From NCBI GenBank assembly GCA_001004105.1, contig LCQK01000002.1, positions 141,419 through 195,275 on the forward strand: a stretch of 53,857 bases of DNA, in the 5' to 3' direction. This DNA is from Candidatus Jorgensenbacteria bacterium GW2011_GWB1_50_10. GTDB taxonomy: Bacteria > Patescibacteriota > Minisyncoccia > UBA6257 > GWB1-50-10. Positions 32,841 through 43,090 of this stretch are shown one piece after another; position 1 is the stretch's first letter; every line of letters starts with the position of its first letter. The notes under the pieces were generated by a model, which was not told the origin of the DNA, searched no databases, and was given only the letters and a program-made list of their open reading frames with translations. The position numbers were made by a program, and so were the translations under genes.

Positions 32841-33335
32841 TCGAGTCCTTAATAAGGCACGTTGGTCATCAAGGTACGAAATAGGAGCACCGGTTCTCTT
32901 TAAGAGAATAGAGCACTTCTCCGGTTTATTCGGAGAAAGAATAGTTCCTAATTTACCTTTTTCTTTAAGAAATTCCACTAAACTAGCATAATCACCGTCG
33001 CTAGCCACAATTATTGTCTTCCCAAAATCGCTTTCGTAAGTATCCCGTGCCGCACGTAATACTAAATCAGCATCGCAATTACCTTTTGGCTTTCCTGTTT
33101 TATCATCATAAACAACCTCTTTAAAAACGAGCGTAAAACCGCATTCCTGTAAATCTGTGTAAATGTTTTTATATTTGGGGATCATCCCTATAAAAATAAA
33201 GGCTTTCTTAACTTTATACTTTTCATAAAGCCACGTGCGAAAGCGTTTATAATCCAATTTCCATCCAAGTTCCTCTACGCCTTTGTATAGGTTTGCTCCA
33301 TCAATATACGCTAAATTTGTTGCGTGAATTTTCAT
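32838..33335 (-). CDS. NYN (LabA/PIN-like) domain protein
   Basis: 165 aa. AYIDGANLY, CDADLVL and VASDGDYASLV provide the conserved acidic residues of NYN/LabA ribonuclease-like domains. Confidence 0.7.
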   Translation of the reverse strand: MKIHATNLAYIDGANLYKGVEELGWKLDYKRFRTWLYEKYKVKKAFIFIGMIPKYKNIYTDLQECGFTLVFKEVVYDDKTGKPKGNCDADLVLRAARDTYESDFGKTIIVASDGDYASLVEFLKEKGKLGTILSPNKPEKCSILLKRTGAPISYLDDQRALLRTR

Positions 33336-34120
33336 TTGTAATAAATCCTGTTGGGGACGCGGAAGTCAAAGTAAGCGAGTTTCCCGAAGTCAAATTCCTC
33401 GTCCAAATTATTCAAAATCCCCGCCAAATTCTCCGGCGTGAAACTCAAACTGAAGAGAAACCGCAGGCCCGAGGCCGTTTCCGCTTCCCATTCCTCCAAC
33501 GAATAATTCCTGACAAGAACGGAAGAAACGGCGATATTATTCTCCTCAAAAACGGCAAGCGTTTTGAAAAGATTCTCCCGCCACTCTTCTTTCGGAAAAA
33601 TTGAAGAACCCAGAACAAAGGACTTGCTGTTCTCGTCGTCTATTTTCAAAATGAGGTAGCCCTGAATGTTCGGGGTTCTGGCGAAAACGATGCCGCTCTC
33701 ATCAAAACCGTAGCAATCGTCGCCGCGGCAGAGAACACCGGCAATTTCCCTCTCTTTCACCCCAACCGACACTTTTCTCGCCGAGAGATTTACATCCACG
33801 GCCGCGACGGAAACAATCGGCGAGCCGGGCAAACTCTCGGGTTTCGCACCGAACTCCCAGAACAAAATATTGTCCGGGCCGAGCATTGCTCTCCAGAGCG
33901 AAGCGGAGAGCATTTCGTTCTTCAATTGGCTCAAAAACCTTTCCTGGTCTATGGAACGCGAGCCAGTCACTTCCAATTGCCTAACCTTGAAAAAATCGTC
34001 GTAGAGAACGAAATAGGAGGCGCCGATAAGCGCTCCGCCCAGAAAAAGCAGAATTAGAGACCATAAAACCACCTTCCCTCTTAGTTTTCTCTTCTTTTTT
34101 TGAAAGACTAGTTCCTCCAT
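33332..34120 (-). CDS. ftsQ: Cell division protein FtsQ/DivIB-like
   Basis: 262 aa with an N-terminal TM helix and a POTRA-like segment FKVRQLEVTGSRSIDQERFLSQL. Confidence 0.6.
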   Translation of the reverse strand: MEELVFQKKKRKLRGKVVLWSLILLFLGGALIGASYFVLYDDFFKVRQLEVTGSRSIDQERFLSQLKNEMLSASLWRAMLGPDNILFWEFGAKPESLPGSPIVSVAAVDVNLSARKVSVGVKEREIAGVLCRGDDCYGFDESGIVFARTPNIQGYLILKIDDENSKSFVLGSSIFPKEEWRENLFKTLAVFEENNIAVSSVLVRNYSLEEWEAETASGLRFLFSLSFTPENLAGILNNLDEEFDFGKLAYFDFRVPNRIYYK

Positions 34121-34161
34121 ACCTCACATAATAAGAACTTTTCTTTCATTGCGCCAGCGTT

Positions 34162-35442
34162 CTATTTGCCTATTTCTTTCTTGCCGAGATAGTCCTGGAG
34201 AACTTTCGGGACTTTCACGGTGCCTTTTTCGGTCTGGTAATTCTCAATAATCGCAAGGATGGGGCGCTGAGAGAAAACCGTGGCGTTTAGCGTATGAACG
34301 AATTCTTTCTTACCGTCTTTTGTTTCGTATTTTGCGTTTATTCCTCTTGCTTGGAAATCGGTGGTGTTTGAGGCCGAATGCGTCTCGCGGTATTTATTCT
34401 CCGAAGGAAACCAAACTTCAATATCATACTGCCGGGCATCACCCCAGGTCATGTCGCCCGTAGAAAGCTCCACCACCCGATACGGCAACTCCAGCTTCTG
34501 CGCCAGTTTCTCTTCCAAGAACAGCAAAAATTTGTGCTCTTCCTCGGATTTGTCCGGATGGACGAAAGAATACATCTCCAGCTTGTCAAATTGATGCACC
34601 CGCAATATTCCTTTCGTGTCCCGGCCGTAGGAGCCGGACTCCCGCCGGAAGCAAGTTGAAAACCCCACATAGCGGCGGGGCAACTCTTTTTCCTTGAAAA
34701 CGTGATTCATGTGAAAAGGCCCAAGGGTATGCTCCGAACTCCCAATTAAATACAAATCGTCGTCTTTAACATAAAAAGCGTCACTCTCGTCAATGAACTT
34801 GCCCTTGCCCATTTTGCGCATCACCTCCGGCCTTTCCATGACCGGCGGCAGAACCGGAATGAATCCGTGGGGCATTAGTTCATCTAAGGCGAGTTTTACG
34901 AGAGCGAACTCTAGAAGCACCGCATCGCCCAGGACATAGCCGAAGCGCGTGCCTGTAACCTCAGCCGCTTTTTTAACATTTATGAGGCCAAGATTTTCAG
35001 CAATCTCAAGATAACTTTTCGGCTGGAATTTGAACTGCGGCTTCTCCCCCACCTCGCGCAAAACCTTGTTTGCCGACTCATCCTTGCCAACCGGCACGTC
35101 TTCAAAGGGAATATTAGGCAAATTTCCAAGGATTTCGTCCCGTTTAACTTCCAAATCGTTTTTTTCTTTCTGAACCTCGCTGATTCTTTTCTTTAAAAGC
35201 TGGGCCTGGCTCATACCGTGGGCGGATTTCTTTTTGCCCATCTCCGCGCTCACCTTATTCTGCTCGGCTTGGAGTTGGTCCAAAGCGGCGGTTTTGGAAC
35301 GCCAGTCGTCGTCAATCTTCAAAAACTTATCAACCAGCTTCGGGTCAGCGTTCTTCTTTTCCACGCCCGCTTTAACTTTCTCCGGATTTTCTCTTATGAA
35401 ATTTACATCCAACATGTTTTTATTTATTTTCCTCGTAAGCAC
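34162..35442 (-). CDS. serS: Seryl-tRNA synthetase
   Basis: 426 aa with an N-terminal coiled-coil arm, class II motifs and TLNATVFSQRPILAIIENYQ. Confidence 0.95.
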   Translation of the reverse strand: MLTRKINKNMLDVNFIRENPEKVKAGVEKKNADPKLVDKFLKIDDDWRSKTAALDQLQAEQNKVSAEMGKKKSAHGMSQAQLLKKRISEVQKEKNDLEVKRDEILGNLPNIPFEDVPVGKDESANKVLREVGEKPQFKFQPKSYLEIAENLGLINVKKAAEVTGTRFGYVLGDAVLLEFALVKLALDELMPHGFIPVLPPVMERPEVMRKMGKGKFIDESDAFYVKDDDLYLIGSSEHTLGPFHMNHVFKEKELPRRYVGFSTCFRRESGSYGRDTKGILRVHQFDKLEMYSFVHPDKSEEEHKFLLFLEEKLAQKLELPYRVVELSTGDMTWGDARQYDIEVWFPSENKYRETHSASNTTDFQARGINAKYETKDGKKEFVHTLNATVFSQRPILAIIENYQTEKGTVKVPKVLQDYLGKKEIGK

Positions 35443-35800
35443 GCATCACCTTTATTTCCGGTTTGTAGCCGAGTTCGTCAAGGTGATTTTCTAAATCCTC
35501 TTTCAAGGCATTCTGGTCATGACCCACCGCGATGACATCCGGCTTGTAATTTTTAACGACCTCCCAGACGCCGAGATGCGCGTCACTCGCCATAACCTCG
35601 TCTACGCCGTCTTCATTCTCTAACGCCTCAAAACGCGAGGCAAGATTCAACTTCGGCAAACGCCCCTTTAAACGTTCCACGATATGGTCTTGGGCGACAA
35701 CCGCTACGAGATAATCGCCTTCAGCTCTCGCCTCCTCCAAAAAAGCGCGGTGGCCTTCGTGAAGGCCGTCAAAAGTTCCGAATACCATAACCTTCTTCAT
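35420..35800 (-). CDS. Cytidylyltransferase-like nucleotidyltransferase
   Basis: 126 aa. The N-terminal VFGTFDGLHEGH fits the (T/H)xGH nucleotidyltransferase motif. Confidence 0.7.
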   Translation of the reverse strand: MKKVMVFGTFDGLHEGHRAFLEEARAEGDYLVAVVAQDHIVERLKGRLPKLNLASRFEALENEDGVDEVMASDAHLGVWEVVKNYKPDVIAVGHDQNALKEDLENHLDELGYKPEIKVMRAYEENK

Positions 35801-37239
35801 CTTGGTTTCATTAAGGGAAAAATGACCGTTTCCCGAACGGGCTTGTCCATAATGACAGCGAAGAGCCGCTCTGACATGCCGAAACCGGAGGAGGGCGGCA
35901 TGCCGTATTCCAGGGCGAGCAAAAATTCTTCGTCCAACCGCTGGGCTTCCTTGTCGCCCTCCGCCCGCAGGCGCATCTGCTCTTCAAAGCGTTTGCGCTG
36001 GTCAATTGGGTCGTTCAGTTCGGAGAAGCCGTTGCCAACCTCGGTGCCGGCTGCCATAATCTGGAAACGCTCCACTTTATCCGGTTCATCTTCCTTGCGT
36101 TTCGCAAGCGGCGAGATGTCAATTGGCTGATTGATGATGAAACATGGTTCCCAGAGTTTCGGCCGCGCGGCTTTCTTGAAAATGACGTCAATCAGCCGCC
36201 CGCGGCCTAAATTTCTTTCCGGTTCCAGCCCCAGCGTTTTGGCTTTTTGAAAAAGTTCGTCACGGGTCGCTTTCTTCAAATCTAATCCGGTTTCCTGCTC
36301 AAAGAGTTCGTAATAATCAAGTTTCGGCCACTTCTTTCCCCAATCCACGGTTTTGCCGCCAAATGTCGTTTTTAACGAACCGACGACCGCCTTAATGGCT
36401 GATTTATACAAACCCTCGGTGAATTTCATCATATCGTTGTAGTCCTCGTAAGCGGCGTAGCACTCCATCTGGGTGTAATCCTGGAGATGCTCGCGGTCAA
36501 CGCCTTCGTTGCGGAAAATCCGGCCGAGCTCAAAAACTTTTTCGTAGCCGGCAACCAAGAGTTTCTTGAGCGGCAACTCCAGGGAAATCCGCATATAAAA
36601 ATCCGTGTCCAGGGCGTTGTGATGGGTTTTAAAAGGTTCGGCATCCGCTCCGCCGGGGACGGCCTCCAGTACCGGCGTCTCCACCTCCAAATAACCGGCT
36701 TTTTTGGAATAAGCGCGGATTTCATTCCAAAACAAACTTTTTTTGACAAAGGTTTCTTTGACTTCCGGATTCAAAAGAATATCTAAGTATCTTTGGCGCA
36801 GGCGCGACTCAATATCTTCCAAACCGAACCACTCCTGCGGCAGGGGCCGCAAACTTTTCACGATTAACCTCGCGCTCTTCGCGAGCAAGCTTTTTTCGCC
36901 GCGCACCGTGGAGAAAACCCGGCCGGTCGCCTCCGCGAAATCACCGGCCTCAAAGGTCTGCTTAACAACGTCAAAATTTTCGGTTTCCTCTTTTTTGAAA
37001 ACGAACTGGAACTTGCCCGTGCCATCGGAGACAGAGGCAAAAATTATCTTCCCCTGGTCGCGGAGAGATAGAATCCGGCCGGCGAGGGAAACGCTCTTTT
37101 TTGATTTCTCAAACTTCGCGAATTTCTCCGCAACTTCGGCAAGTGTCGCATCGCGCGCCACCCTTGCCGGATAAGGATTGCCTATTTTTTTATAGGCCTC
37201 CAGTTTCTTCGCTCTTTCTCTTAGAATGTCCTCTAACAT
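35797..37239 (-). CDS. lysS: Lysyl-tRNA synthetase (class II)
   Basis: 480 aa with an OB-fold N-terminal domain, class II motifs (FRNEG, GGADAEPF) and the C-terminal GMPPSSGFGMS. Confidence 0.95.
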   Translation of the reverse strand: MLEDILRERAKKLEAYKKIGNPYPARVARDATLAEVAEKFAKFEKSKKSVSLAGRILSLRDQGKIIFASVSDGTGKFQFVFKKEETENFDVVKQTFEAGDFAEATGRVFSTVRGEKSLLAKSARLIVKSLRPLPQEWFGLEDIESRLRQRYLDILLNPEVKETFVKKSLFWNEIRAYSKKAGYLEVETPVLEAVPGGADAEPFKTHHNALDTDFYMRISLELPLKKLLVAGYEKVFELGRIFRNEGVDREHLQDYTQMECYAAYEDYNDMMKFTEGLYKSAIKAVVGSLKTTFGGKTVDWGKKWPKLDYYELFEQETGLDLKKATRDELFQKAKTLGLEPERNLGRGRLIDVIFKKAARPKLWEPCFIINQPIDISPLAKRKEDEPDKVERFQIMAAGTEVGNGFSELNDPIDQRKRFEEQMRLRAEGDKEAQRLDEEFLLALEYGMPPSSGFGMSERLFAVIMDKPVRETVIFPLMKPR

Positions 37240-37246
37240 GGGGGCG

Positions 37247-37705
37247 TTATTCTATAGCAACGATTTTATACGTATTGAGGCCCGCGGCGGTTTGAACCGA
37301 GACCGTATCCCCCGCTTTATGGCCCAGGAGCGCCCGGCCGACCGGCGACTCATTAGAAATCATCCCTCCCGTCGGCCGCGCTTCGTTTGAGCCGACAATA
37401 TTGTAGGTAAAAGTATCGCCATTCTTTTCCAATTTCACGCGGCTGCCGATGCGCACCGTCGCCGTCCCGGACGATTTTTTGATGATGGAAGCGGCCCGAA
37501 GGAGTTCCTCAATTTCGCTTATTTTTTTCTCAAGCCGCGACTGTTCCTCCCGGGCTTCCTGGTATTCGGCGTTTTCGGACAAATCGCCAAGTTCCTTGGC
37601 GTGCTTCAGGCGCTTGGCCACCGCCTGCCGGCCTTCTTTCTTCAATTGACCGAGTTCGTTTTGAAGTTCGTCGTATTTTTCCTGGGATAAGTAGGTTATT
37701 TCCAT
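37247..37705 (-). CDS. greA: Transcription elongation factor GreA
   Basis: 152 aa with the coiled-coil LKHAKELGDLSENAEYQEAREEQ and a C-terminal FKBP-like domain. Confidence 0.95.
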   Translation of the reverse strand: MEITYLSQEKYDELQNELGQLKKEGRQAVAKRLKHAKELGDLSENAEYQEAREEQSRLEKKISEIEELLRAASIIKKSSGTATVRIGSRVKLEKNGDTFTYNIVGSNEARPTGGMISNESPVGRALLGHKAGDTVSVQTAAGLNTYKIVAIE

Positions 37706-39624
37706 TATTGGCGGGTTTTTATTCGGTTCTCATAGTACCACAGAAGAACGTCCTTGGCCACCGGCACAGCGTTCAAACTTCCCTCGCGGGCGTTTTCCAC
37801 GAGGACAAGAATGGCGATTTCCGGATTTTCGGCGGGCGCGTAGCCGACGAAAAAAGCGTTCACTTTCTCGTTATTCTGAATCTGGGCCGTGCCGGTTTTG
37901 GCGGCCGCCTTGAAAGGCAGATCGCTCAAAAGATACGCCGTGCCGTAGGGCTCTTCCACCGCATCAATCATTCCGTCTTGGATTTCTTTCAGAATGCTTC
38001 CCACTTCCGGACCCAGGTCTTTGAGAACTTTGGGCTCGCTTTTCAAAATTTCTTCACCTGCGCCGTCAAAAACATTTTTTACAACCCTCGGCGCGTAGAA
38101 CTTGCCGCCGTTTGCGACGGAGGCGATGTAATTCAAAAGTTCAAGCGGTGTTACGAGCAAATCACCTTGGCCGATCGCAACGTTATAAGTGTCACCGATG
38201 CGCCAGGGCTCCCCGAATTTTTCCTCTTTCCAGGCGGGTGAGGGGAGAAAACCTGCTTTTTCACCTGGCAAATCAATCAGGGTTTTCTCGTCAAGATTGA
38301 ATTTGTGCCACCAGGTCCGTAGACGCTCAATGCCCAAGCCGATTTGACCCTCAAAACCTGCCTGCGCAGGCAGGCCGCCGCCCACCTCGTAAAAATAGAC
38401 GTTAGAAGAACGAGCCAGAGCAGCCCTTAAATCAACCCAGCCGTGCGCCCTCCAGTCCAAAAACCGGCTGGGGCTTCCAGGAACATAAGGATTGGGAATT
38501 TCAATGAAACCGGCGGAATAAATTTGTTTCTCCTTATCAATAATGCCTTCCGCGAGAGCGGCAATCGCGACAAGGGGCTTAATGGTGGAACCGGGGTTAT
38601 AAAGCCCGGAAACCGCCCGATTGAAAAGAGGTTTGTTGGAACCAGTTAAAACATCGGAGACGTCGTTCACACCAAAACTAGGAATATTGAAAAGGGCGAG
38701 CACTTCCCCGTTTTGGGGATTCAAGGCCACGCCCACGCCGATTTCCCGGCCAAGATTTTGGAGAGCATCGGAGAGCCGGTTGTAAAAATATTCCTGAAAC
38801 TCCTTGTCAACAAAAGTAGCAAGGTTACGCCCTGGTTTCGCGAGAGATATACCGGTTTTTCCCTTGACTTCGCCTTCGGCGTTCCTCAAAACCGCTTCCC
38901 GGCCGTTTTCGCCCCGCAAGTAATCGTCATAATAGGCCTCCAAGCCCGCTCGGCCGATCTCATCGTCAATAAAAAGAGCGGGGTTTGTTTCCAAGTCATT
39001 TACGTCAACAAGACCGGTAAAACCGACCAAATGGGAAAAAACGCCCGTCGGCTGCGAGTCACGCTTGAAAACCGACTCCGCCGAAAGCCCCGGAATTTTT
39101 GCCGACTGGATCACGGCGATCTGTTCGTAATTCAAATTACCCGAGAGTTCCAATTTTTCGCTGAAATCCCAATTCTTAGCTTTTATTTTTTCCGTAAGCT
39201 CGGCTTCGCTGACGTTCAAAATTTCGCTTATTCTCCGCAAAACCTGCGAACGTTCGTCCAATGCCGCCGGCAGTTCGTGGGGCACCAAGTAGGCAACGAG
39301 CGCCGGAATGTTTTCCGTAAGCGGCTTGCCGAAACGGTCGAAGATTACGCCCCGCGGCGCCCGGCTCACTTCCATAAAGCTCATATTGGCGGAGGCCCGC
39401 GCTTTGTAAAAATCGTACTTCACCACCCCAACGTTCAAAATCTGGAAAGCCGCAAAACCGGCGATGACTATGACGGAGGCCGAAAAAAACCTGAAAACAC
39501 CCTCATGCAAAGGGACTTCCAAAAGGTCGTCTTCCTGAAAACGGTCGGTGAGAATATCTTCCAAATTGATTTCAGGCTCAGTTTTTCTCATTTTAATTTT
39601 GACCTCTCGCCGAGAGCGAGCCAA
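37705..39624 (-). CDS. mrdA: Penicillin-binding protein 2 (elongasome transpeptidase)
   Basis: 639 aa with STIKP (SxxK), SSN and KTGTA. Directly downstream of mreBCD. Confidence 0.85.
   Translation of the reverse strand: MARSRREVKIKMRKTEPEINLEDILTDRFQEDDLLEVPLHEGVFRFFSASVIVIAGFAAFQILNVGVVKYDFYKARASANMSFMEVSRAPRGVIFDRFGKPLTENIPALVAYLVPHELPAALDERSQVLRRISEILNVSEAELTEKIKAKNWDFSEKLELSGNLNYEQIAVIQSAKIPGLSAESVFKRDSQPTGVFSHLVGFTGLVDVNDLETNPALFIDDEIGRAGLEAYYDDYLRGENGREAVLRNAEGEVKGKTGISLAKPGRNLATFVDKEFQEYFYNRLSDALQNLGREIGVGVALNPQNGEVLALFNIPSFGVNDVSDVLTGSNKPLFNRAVSGLYNPGSTIKPLVAIAALAEGIIDKEKQIYSAGFIEIPNPYVPGSPSRFLDWRAHGWVDLRAALARSSNVYFYEVGGGLPAQAGFEGQIGLGIERLRTWWHKFNLDEKTLIDLPGEKAGFLPSPAWKEEKFGEPWRIGDTYNVAIGQGDLLVTPLELLNYIASVANGGKFYAPRVVKNVFDGAGEEILKSEPKVLKDLGPEVGSILKEIQDGMIDAVEEPYGTAYLLSDLPFKAAAKTGTAQIQNNEKVNAFFVGYAPAENPEIAILVLVENAREGSLNAVPVAKDVLLWYYENRIKTRQ
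38357..38374. repeat. GC-rich palindrome CCTGCCTGCGCAGGCAGG inside mrdA
   Basis: Perfect 18-bp dyad with the same arms as the palindromes at 6660, 17242 and 32604. Translated in frame on the minus strand as GLPAQAGF. Confidence 0.8.
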
Positions 39625-40046
39625 ACGACCGCTCCCAAAGCCAAATTATACAACGCCTCAAGAAAGATGAAACCGGCCGGCAAGGACGTTAGGCGGAAAA
39701 CCCCGATGAAGAGATATAAAAGAAGAGTGCCCGTAAGGACAAAAACTAAAAAATCCAAAAACGGCGTGCCGGTCATGAATTTCTTGATAAAATGAAAAGC
39801 CAAAACCAAAAGAAGAAGCACGGCGGAGGAGACCGTGAGATATGGCGAGAAAAAAAAGACGAAAACCGCGAGGGAAGCGGCAACGGAGGCAGCAAACCAA
39901 AAAGCCCTGGCGTTAAAAACAAAAAAGAGAAAAGCGATCAAAAACAGGTTGGGATTTACGCCGTAAACGCTAAACAAACGGTATTGCTCCAAAATGAAAA
40001 TTACGGCAAGAACAACAAAGATAAAAACGAATTTCTTTAACATCAA
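39588..40046 (-). CDS. mreD: Rod shape-determining protein MreD-like membrane protein
   Basis: 152 aa and polytopic. Positioned between mreC and mrdA. Confidence 0.6.
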   Translation of the reverse strand: MMLKKFVFIFVVLAVIFILEQYRLFSVYGVNPNLFLIAFLFFVFNARAFWFAASVAASLAVFVFFFSPYLTVSSAVLLLLVLAFHFIKKFMTGTPFLDFLVFVLTGTLLLYLFIGVFRLTSLPAGFIFLEALYNLALGAVVWLALGERSKLK

Positions 40047-40057
40047 AATTATTCTCC

Positions 40058-40753
40058 CTAAGGGAAATTAGTGAGAACCAGCACTTCGTTCAAATCATCA
40101 AGATTGTAAGGGGTTTGGAGCTCCGCTTTCTGCCAGACGTCGCCGACGCCGGCACTGACCGCTTGAATCGTTCCTAAAAAAGCGTGGAGCGGAAATTCCG
40201 GCGAAAGATTGAGGACGCTCTCGCCATCTTTGATTTCGGCGCTTTTGCTCACCAACTCCACACTCGGCGGCAGGCCACCCCGCAAGAGGGCTTTGACCGT
40301 GTCATTGCCGATGGAGACGCTCCCGCGCCATTCCGGGTCAAAAATGGTCGTGACAAGCGACTGGGACCTCTTGACGCCCGTGATTCTGCCCAAAATGACG
40401 CCCTCGGCGGCAAAAACGGGCATTCCTTCCTTCAAACCATCACGGCTTCCTAAATTAATCACGATGAGGCGCCGGTCATTGAAGGGGTAGCGGGAATAAA
40501 CGCCCGCGGTTTTATAATCCTCCGCCTCACTCAAACCGATACGGAAATTCAATTGGTCAATCTGCGCCCGCAATCCTTCGTTTTCAGTTTTCAGCTTCAG
40601 GAATCCGGCGTAATCAAAAGACCGGTCAAAAAGTCCGACGACGAGGCTGCGGCTCCGAAATAAAAATCCGTTAATACCTTCACGGTAAAAAAACACCGCA
40701 AAGAGAAAAGCCAGGATGAGAGCAATCGGGAGAACGAATCGAAGAGACCGCAT
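40058..40753 (-). CDS. mreC: Rod shape-determining protein MreC
   Basis: 231 aa with an N-terminal TM helix, a coiled-coil (LKTENEGLRAQIDQL) and a beta-barrel domain (GMPVFAAEGVILGRI). Confidence 0.85.
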   Translation of the reverse strand: MRSLRFVLPIALILAFLFAVFFYREGINGFLFRSRSLVVGLFDRSFDYAGFLKLKTENEGLRAQIDQLNFRIGLSEAEDYKTAGVYSRYPFNDRRLIVINLGSRDGLKEGMPVFAAEGVILGRITGVKRSQSLVTTIFDPEWRGSVSIGNDTVKALLRGGLPPSVELVSKSAEIKDGESVLNLSPEFPLHAFLGTIQAVSAGVGDVWQKAELQTPYNLDDLNEVLVLTNFP

Positions 40754-40759
40754 TGGGCT

Positions 40760-41782
40760 TCAGGCAATTTTTATGGTTGAAAAACTGCCGAGCAGGTGCT
40801 TATATTTTTTGAAATTTTCAATAATCATGCCCGTCCCCCGCACAACGCAAGTGAAAGGTTCGTCGACGAGCTTCACTTCCACGCCGATTTCCTTCTTAAG
40901 CATTTCGGAAAGACCTCGAAGCTGACTGCCGCCGCCGCACATATAAATGCCGTTTTTGTAGACGTCGCCCACGAGCTCCGGCGGCGCGGCTTCAATCAAG
41001 TCCTTCACCCCCTCCACGATGAGTTTCAAAGGCCGGTGGAGCCAACCGCGAACCATGGTGTCTTTGATGGTCGCCTCCCGCGGCAGACCGCTCGTAACGT
41101 CCCGGCCGCGCACCATCACTTCCAGTTTCTCATTTTGGGGAATGGCCGAACCAACAGCGATTTTAATCTCTTCGGCGGTCGGCTCGCCGACGTTAAGTTT
41201 CAGCTCTTCCCTCACCGCTTTCATAATTTCACCATTTAAATAGTCGCCGGCGACTTTCAAGCGCCTGGAAACAACAATGCCGTTCATGGAAATGACGGCC
41301 ATATCGGTGGTGCCGGCGCCGATGTCCAAAACCAGATAGGCCGTGGGTTGATGGATGTCCAACTGGCTTCCCAGGGCAGCCGCGAGCGGCTGTTCCACGA
41401 GATACACTTCGTTCGCGCCCGCTTCTTTCAATAAATCTTCCACTGACTTCCGCTCCACCTCCGTGAGATTGGTCGGGACGGAGACCACCATCCGCGTGGA
41501 CCAAGACCAGGGAATGCGCTCATGCTTCAAAAAGCGCTGAATCATTTCTTTGGCAATGTCGAAATCGGCTATCACGCCGTTCGTAATCGGCCGGGAAACG
41601 GTGATGTGGGCCGGCGTCCGGGAAAACATCCGTTTCGCTTCCGCGCCGTAGGCGACGACGCGATTAGTGCGGTTGTTGAAAGCGGCGATGGAGGGCTCGC
41701 TGAACACCACGCCGTTCCCGCCCAAATAAACCTGAGTGGTGTCTGTTCCTAAATCAACGCCGATTTTTTTCTTGAATTTCAT
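40760..41782 (-). CDS. mreB: Rod shape-determining protein MreB
   Basis: 340 aa, an actin-like ATPase with GVDLGTDTT, DIGAGTTDMAVIS and GIYMCGGGSQLRGL. Confidence 0.95.
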   Translation of the reverse strand: MKFKKKIGVDLGTDTTQVYLGGNGVVFSEPSIAAFNNRTNRVVAYGAEAKRMFSRTPAHITVSRPITNGVIADFDIAKEMIQRFLKHERIPWSWSTRMVVSVPTNLTEVERKSVEDLLKEAGANEVYLVEQPLAAALGSQLDIHQPTAYLVLDIGAGTTDMAVISMNGIVVSRRLKVAGDYLNGEIMKAVREELKLNVGEPTAEEIKIAVGSAIPQNEKLEVMVRGRDVTSGLPREATIKDTMVRGWLHRPLKLIVEGVKDLIEAAPPELVGDVYKNGIYMCGGGSQLRGLSEMLKKEIGVEVKLVDEPFTCVVRGTGMIIENFKKYKHLLGSFSTIKIA

Positions 41783-43029
41783 TTTAGTGAGTCAATGAAT
41801 TCCTCAACCTTCATTAATTTTTCCTCTTTTTCGCCGCGCCTTTTCACTTCCACTTTCTCCTGCACCGTTGTTTTTTCGCTAACCACCAGCCGATAAGGAA
41901 TGCCGAGTAAGTCGGCGTCGGCGAATTTCTCGCCGGCGCTTGCCTCCCCGCGGTCGTCGTAGAGAACATCAACACCGGCTTTTACGAGTTTATTATATAG
42001 AGCATCCCCGGCTTTTTTCAATTCGGGCGTCGCCTCGCCAATGAGAAGGAGGTGCGCCTGAAAAGGGGCGATACTTTCCGGCCAGATGATGCCCCCTTCG
42101 TCGTGATAAACTTCCACCGCCGTTCCCATCACCCGGCCCAAGCCGATGCCGTAGGAGCCCATCACCACGTGCTCACTTTTGCCTTTCTTGTCCCGGTATT
42201 TCAGATTGAAGGCCTCGGCGTATTTGGTGCCGAGCGGGAAGATGTTCCCGACCTCAACGGCGTTCACCTTGTCCAAAATCCCACTCTCGCACTTGGGACA
42301 GTGTTCGCCCGCCTTATGCTCCCCCACTTCCCTATTTTCCGCAAAACCGCACAGGCGGCAGACCATAATCTCGTCCTCGCCGGCAACGAGCTCCACCTGA
42401 AATTCGTGGGTATTGGAAATGGTGAAATCGCCTCCGGCGGCCACTGTATAAAATGTTTTCAGGCCGCACCTTGAGAAGATTTTCTCGTAGGCCTTTTTGA
42501 CTTCCTCGTAATAGCGGAAAAGGTCCTTTTCCGACTCGTGAAAACTGTACAAATCCTTCATCAGGAACTCCCGGCCGCGCAGAAGCCCCGATTTCGCGCG
42601 TGCTTCGTTGCGGAATTTGGTCTGGAATTGGTAAGCGTAGAATGGCAAATCCTCGTAGGAAGCGATGTATTTGGAAGCGATTTCCGCCAAAACCTCTTCG
42701 TGAGTCCAGCCGAGGACGAATCCCGGAGTTTTTTCTTTCTTGCCTTTCACTTCAAACCCGATTTCCACGTCCCACCGGCCACTCTTGTCCCAGTATTCTT
42801 TGGGCACGAGCGCCGGCATGTTAAGCTCTTGCCCGCCAATGGCGTTCATCTCCTCCCGGATGATATTCATAATCTTTTCAATCACCCGCCACCCCAAAGG
42901 CAAAAAAGAATAGACGCCGGCCGAATTCTTATAAACAAAACCGCCCCGCGTTAAGAGCTTGGCGTTTACGCTCACCTCGTCTTTGGGGGCTTCTTTGAGG
43001 GTCTTCGTAAAAAGCTCGGACTGCCGCAT
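41779..43029 (-). CDS. proS: Prolyl-tRNA synthetase, short form lacking the INS editing domain
   Basis: 416 aa with a bacterial-type N-terminus (MRQSELFTKTLKEAP) and class II motifs. A CxxC...CxxC mini-insertion (C224, C227, C244, C247) sits where INS normally is. Confidence 0.85.
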   Translation of the reverse strand: MRQSELFTKTLKEAPKDEVSVNAKLLTRGGFVYKNSAGVYSFLPLGWRVIEKIMNIIREEMNAIGGQELNMPALVPKEYWDKSGRWDVEIGFEVKGKKEKTPGFVLGWTHEEVLAEIASKYIASYEDLPFYAYQFQTKFRNEARAKSGLLRGREFLMKDLYSFHESEKDLFRYYEEVKKAYEKIFSRCGLKTFYTVAAGGDFTISNTHEFQVELVAGEDEIMVCRLCGFAENREVGEHKAGEHCPKCESGILDKVNAVEVGNIFPLGTKYAEAFNLKYRDKKGKSEHVVMGSYGIGLGRVMGTAVEVYHDEGGIIWPESIAPFQAHLLLIGEATPELKKAGDALYNKLVKAGVDVLYDDRGEASAGEKFADADLLGIPYRLVVSEKTTVQEKVEVKRRGEKEEKLMKVEEFIDSLK

Positions 43030-43090
43030 TGATAATAGAATATCAAAAACGACGAGCGCTTACAAACTACCGGGCATCACTATAAAGCTC

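Noticed and set aside
38713-39795. 360-aa plus-strand ORF
   Set aside because: It lies antisense to the strongly supported mrdA/mreD genes. It is basic with low-complexity composition and has no motif. It is a shadow ORF, as are the many 60-180 aa antisense ORFs inside dnaK, lysS, mreB, proS and murF.
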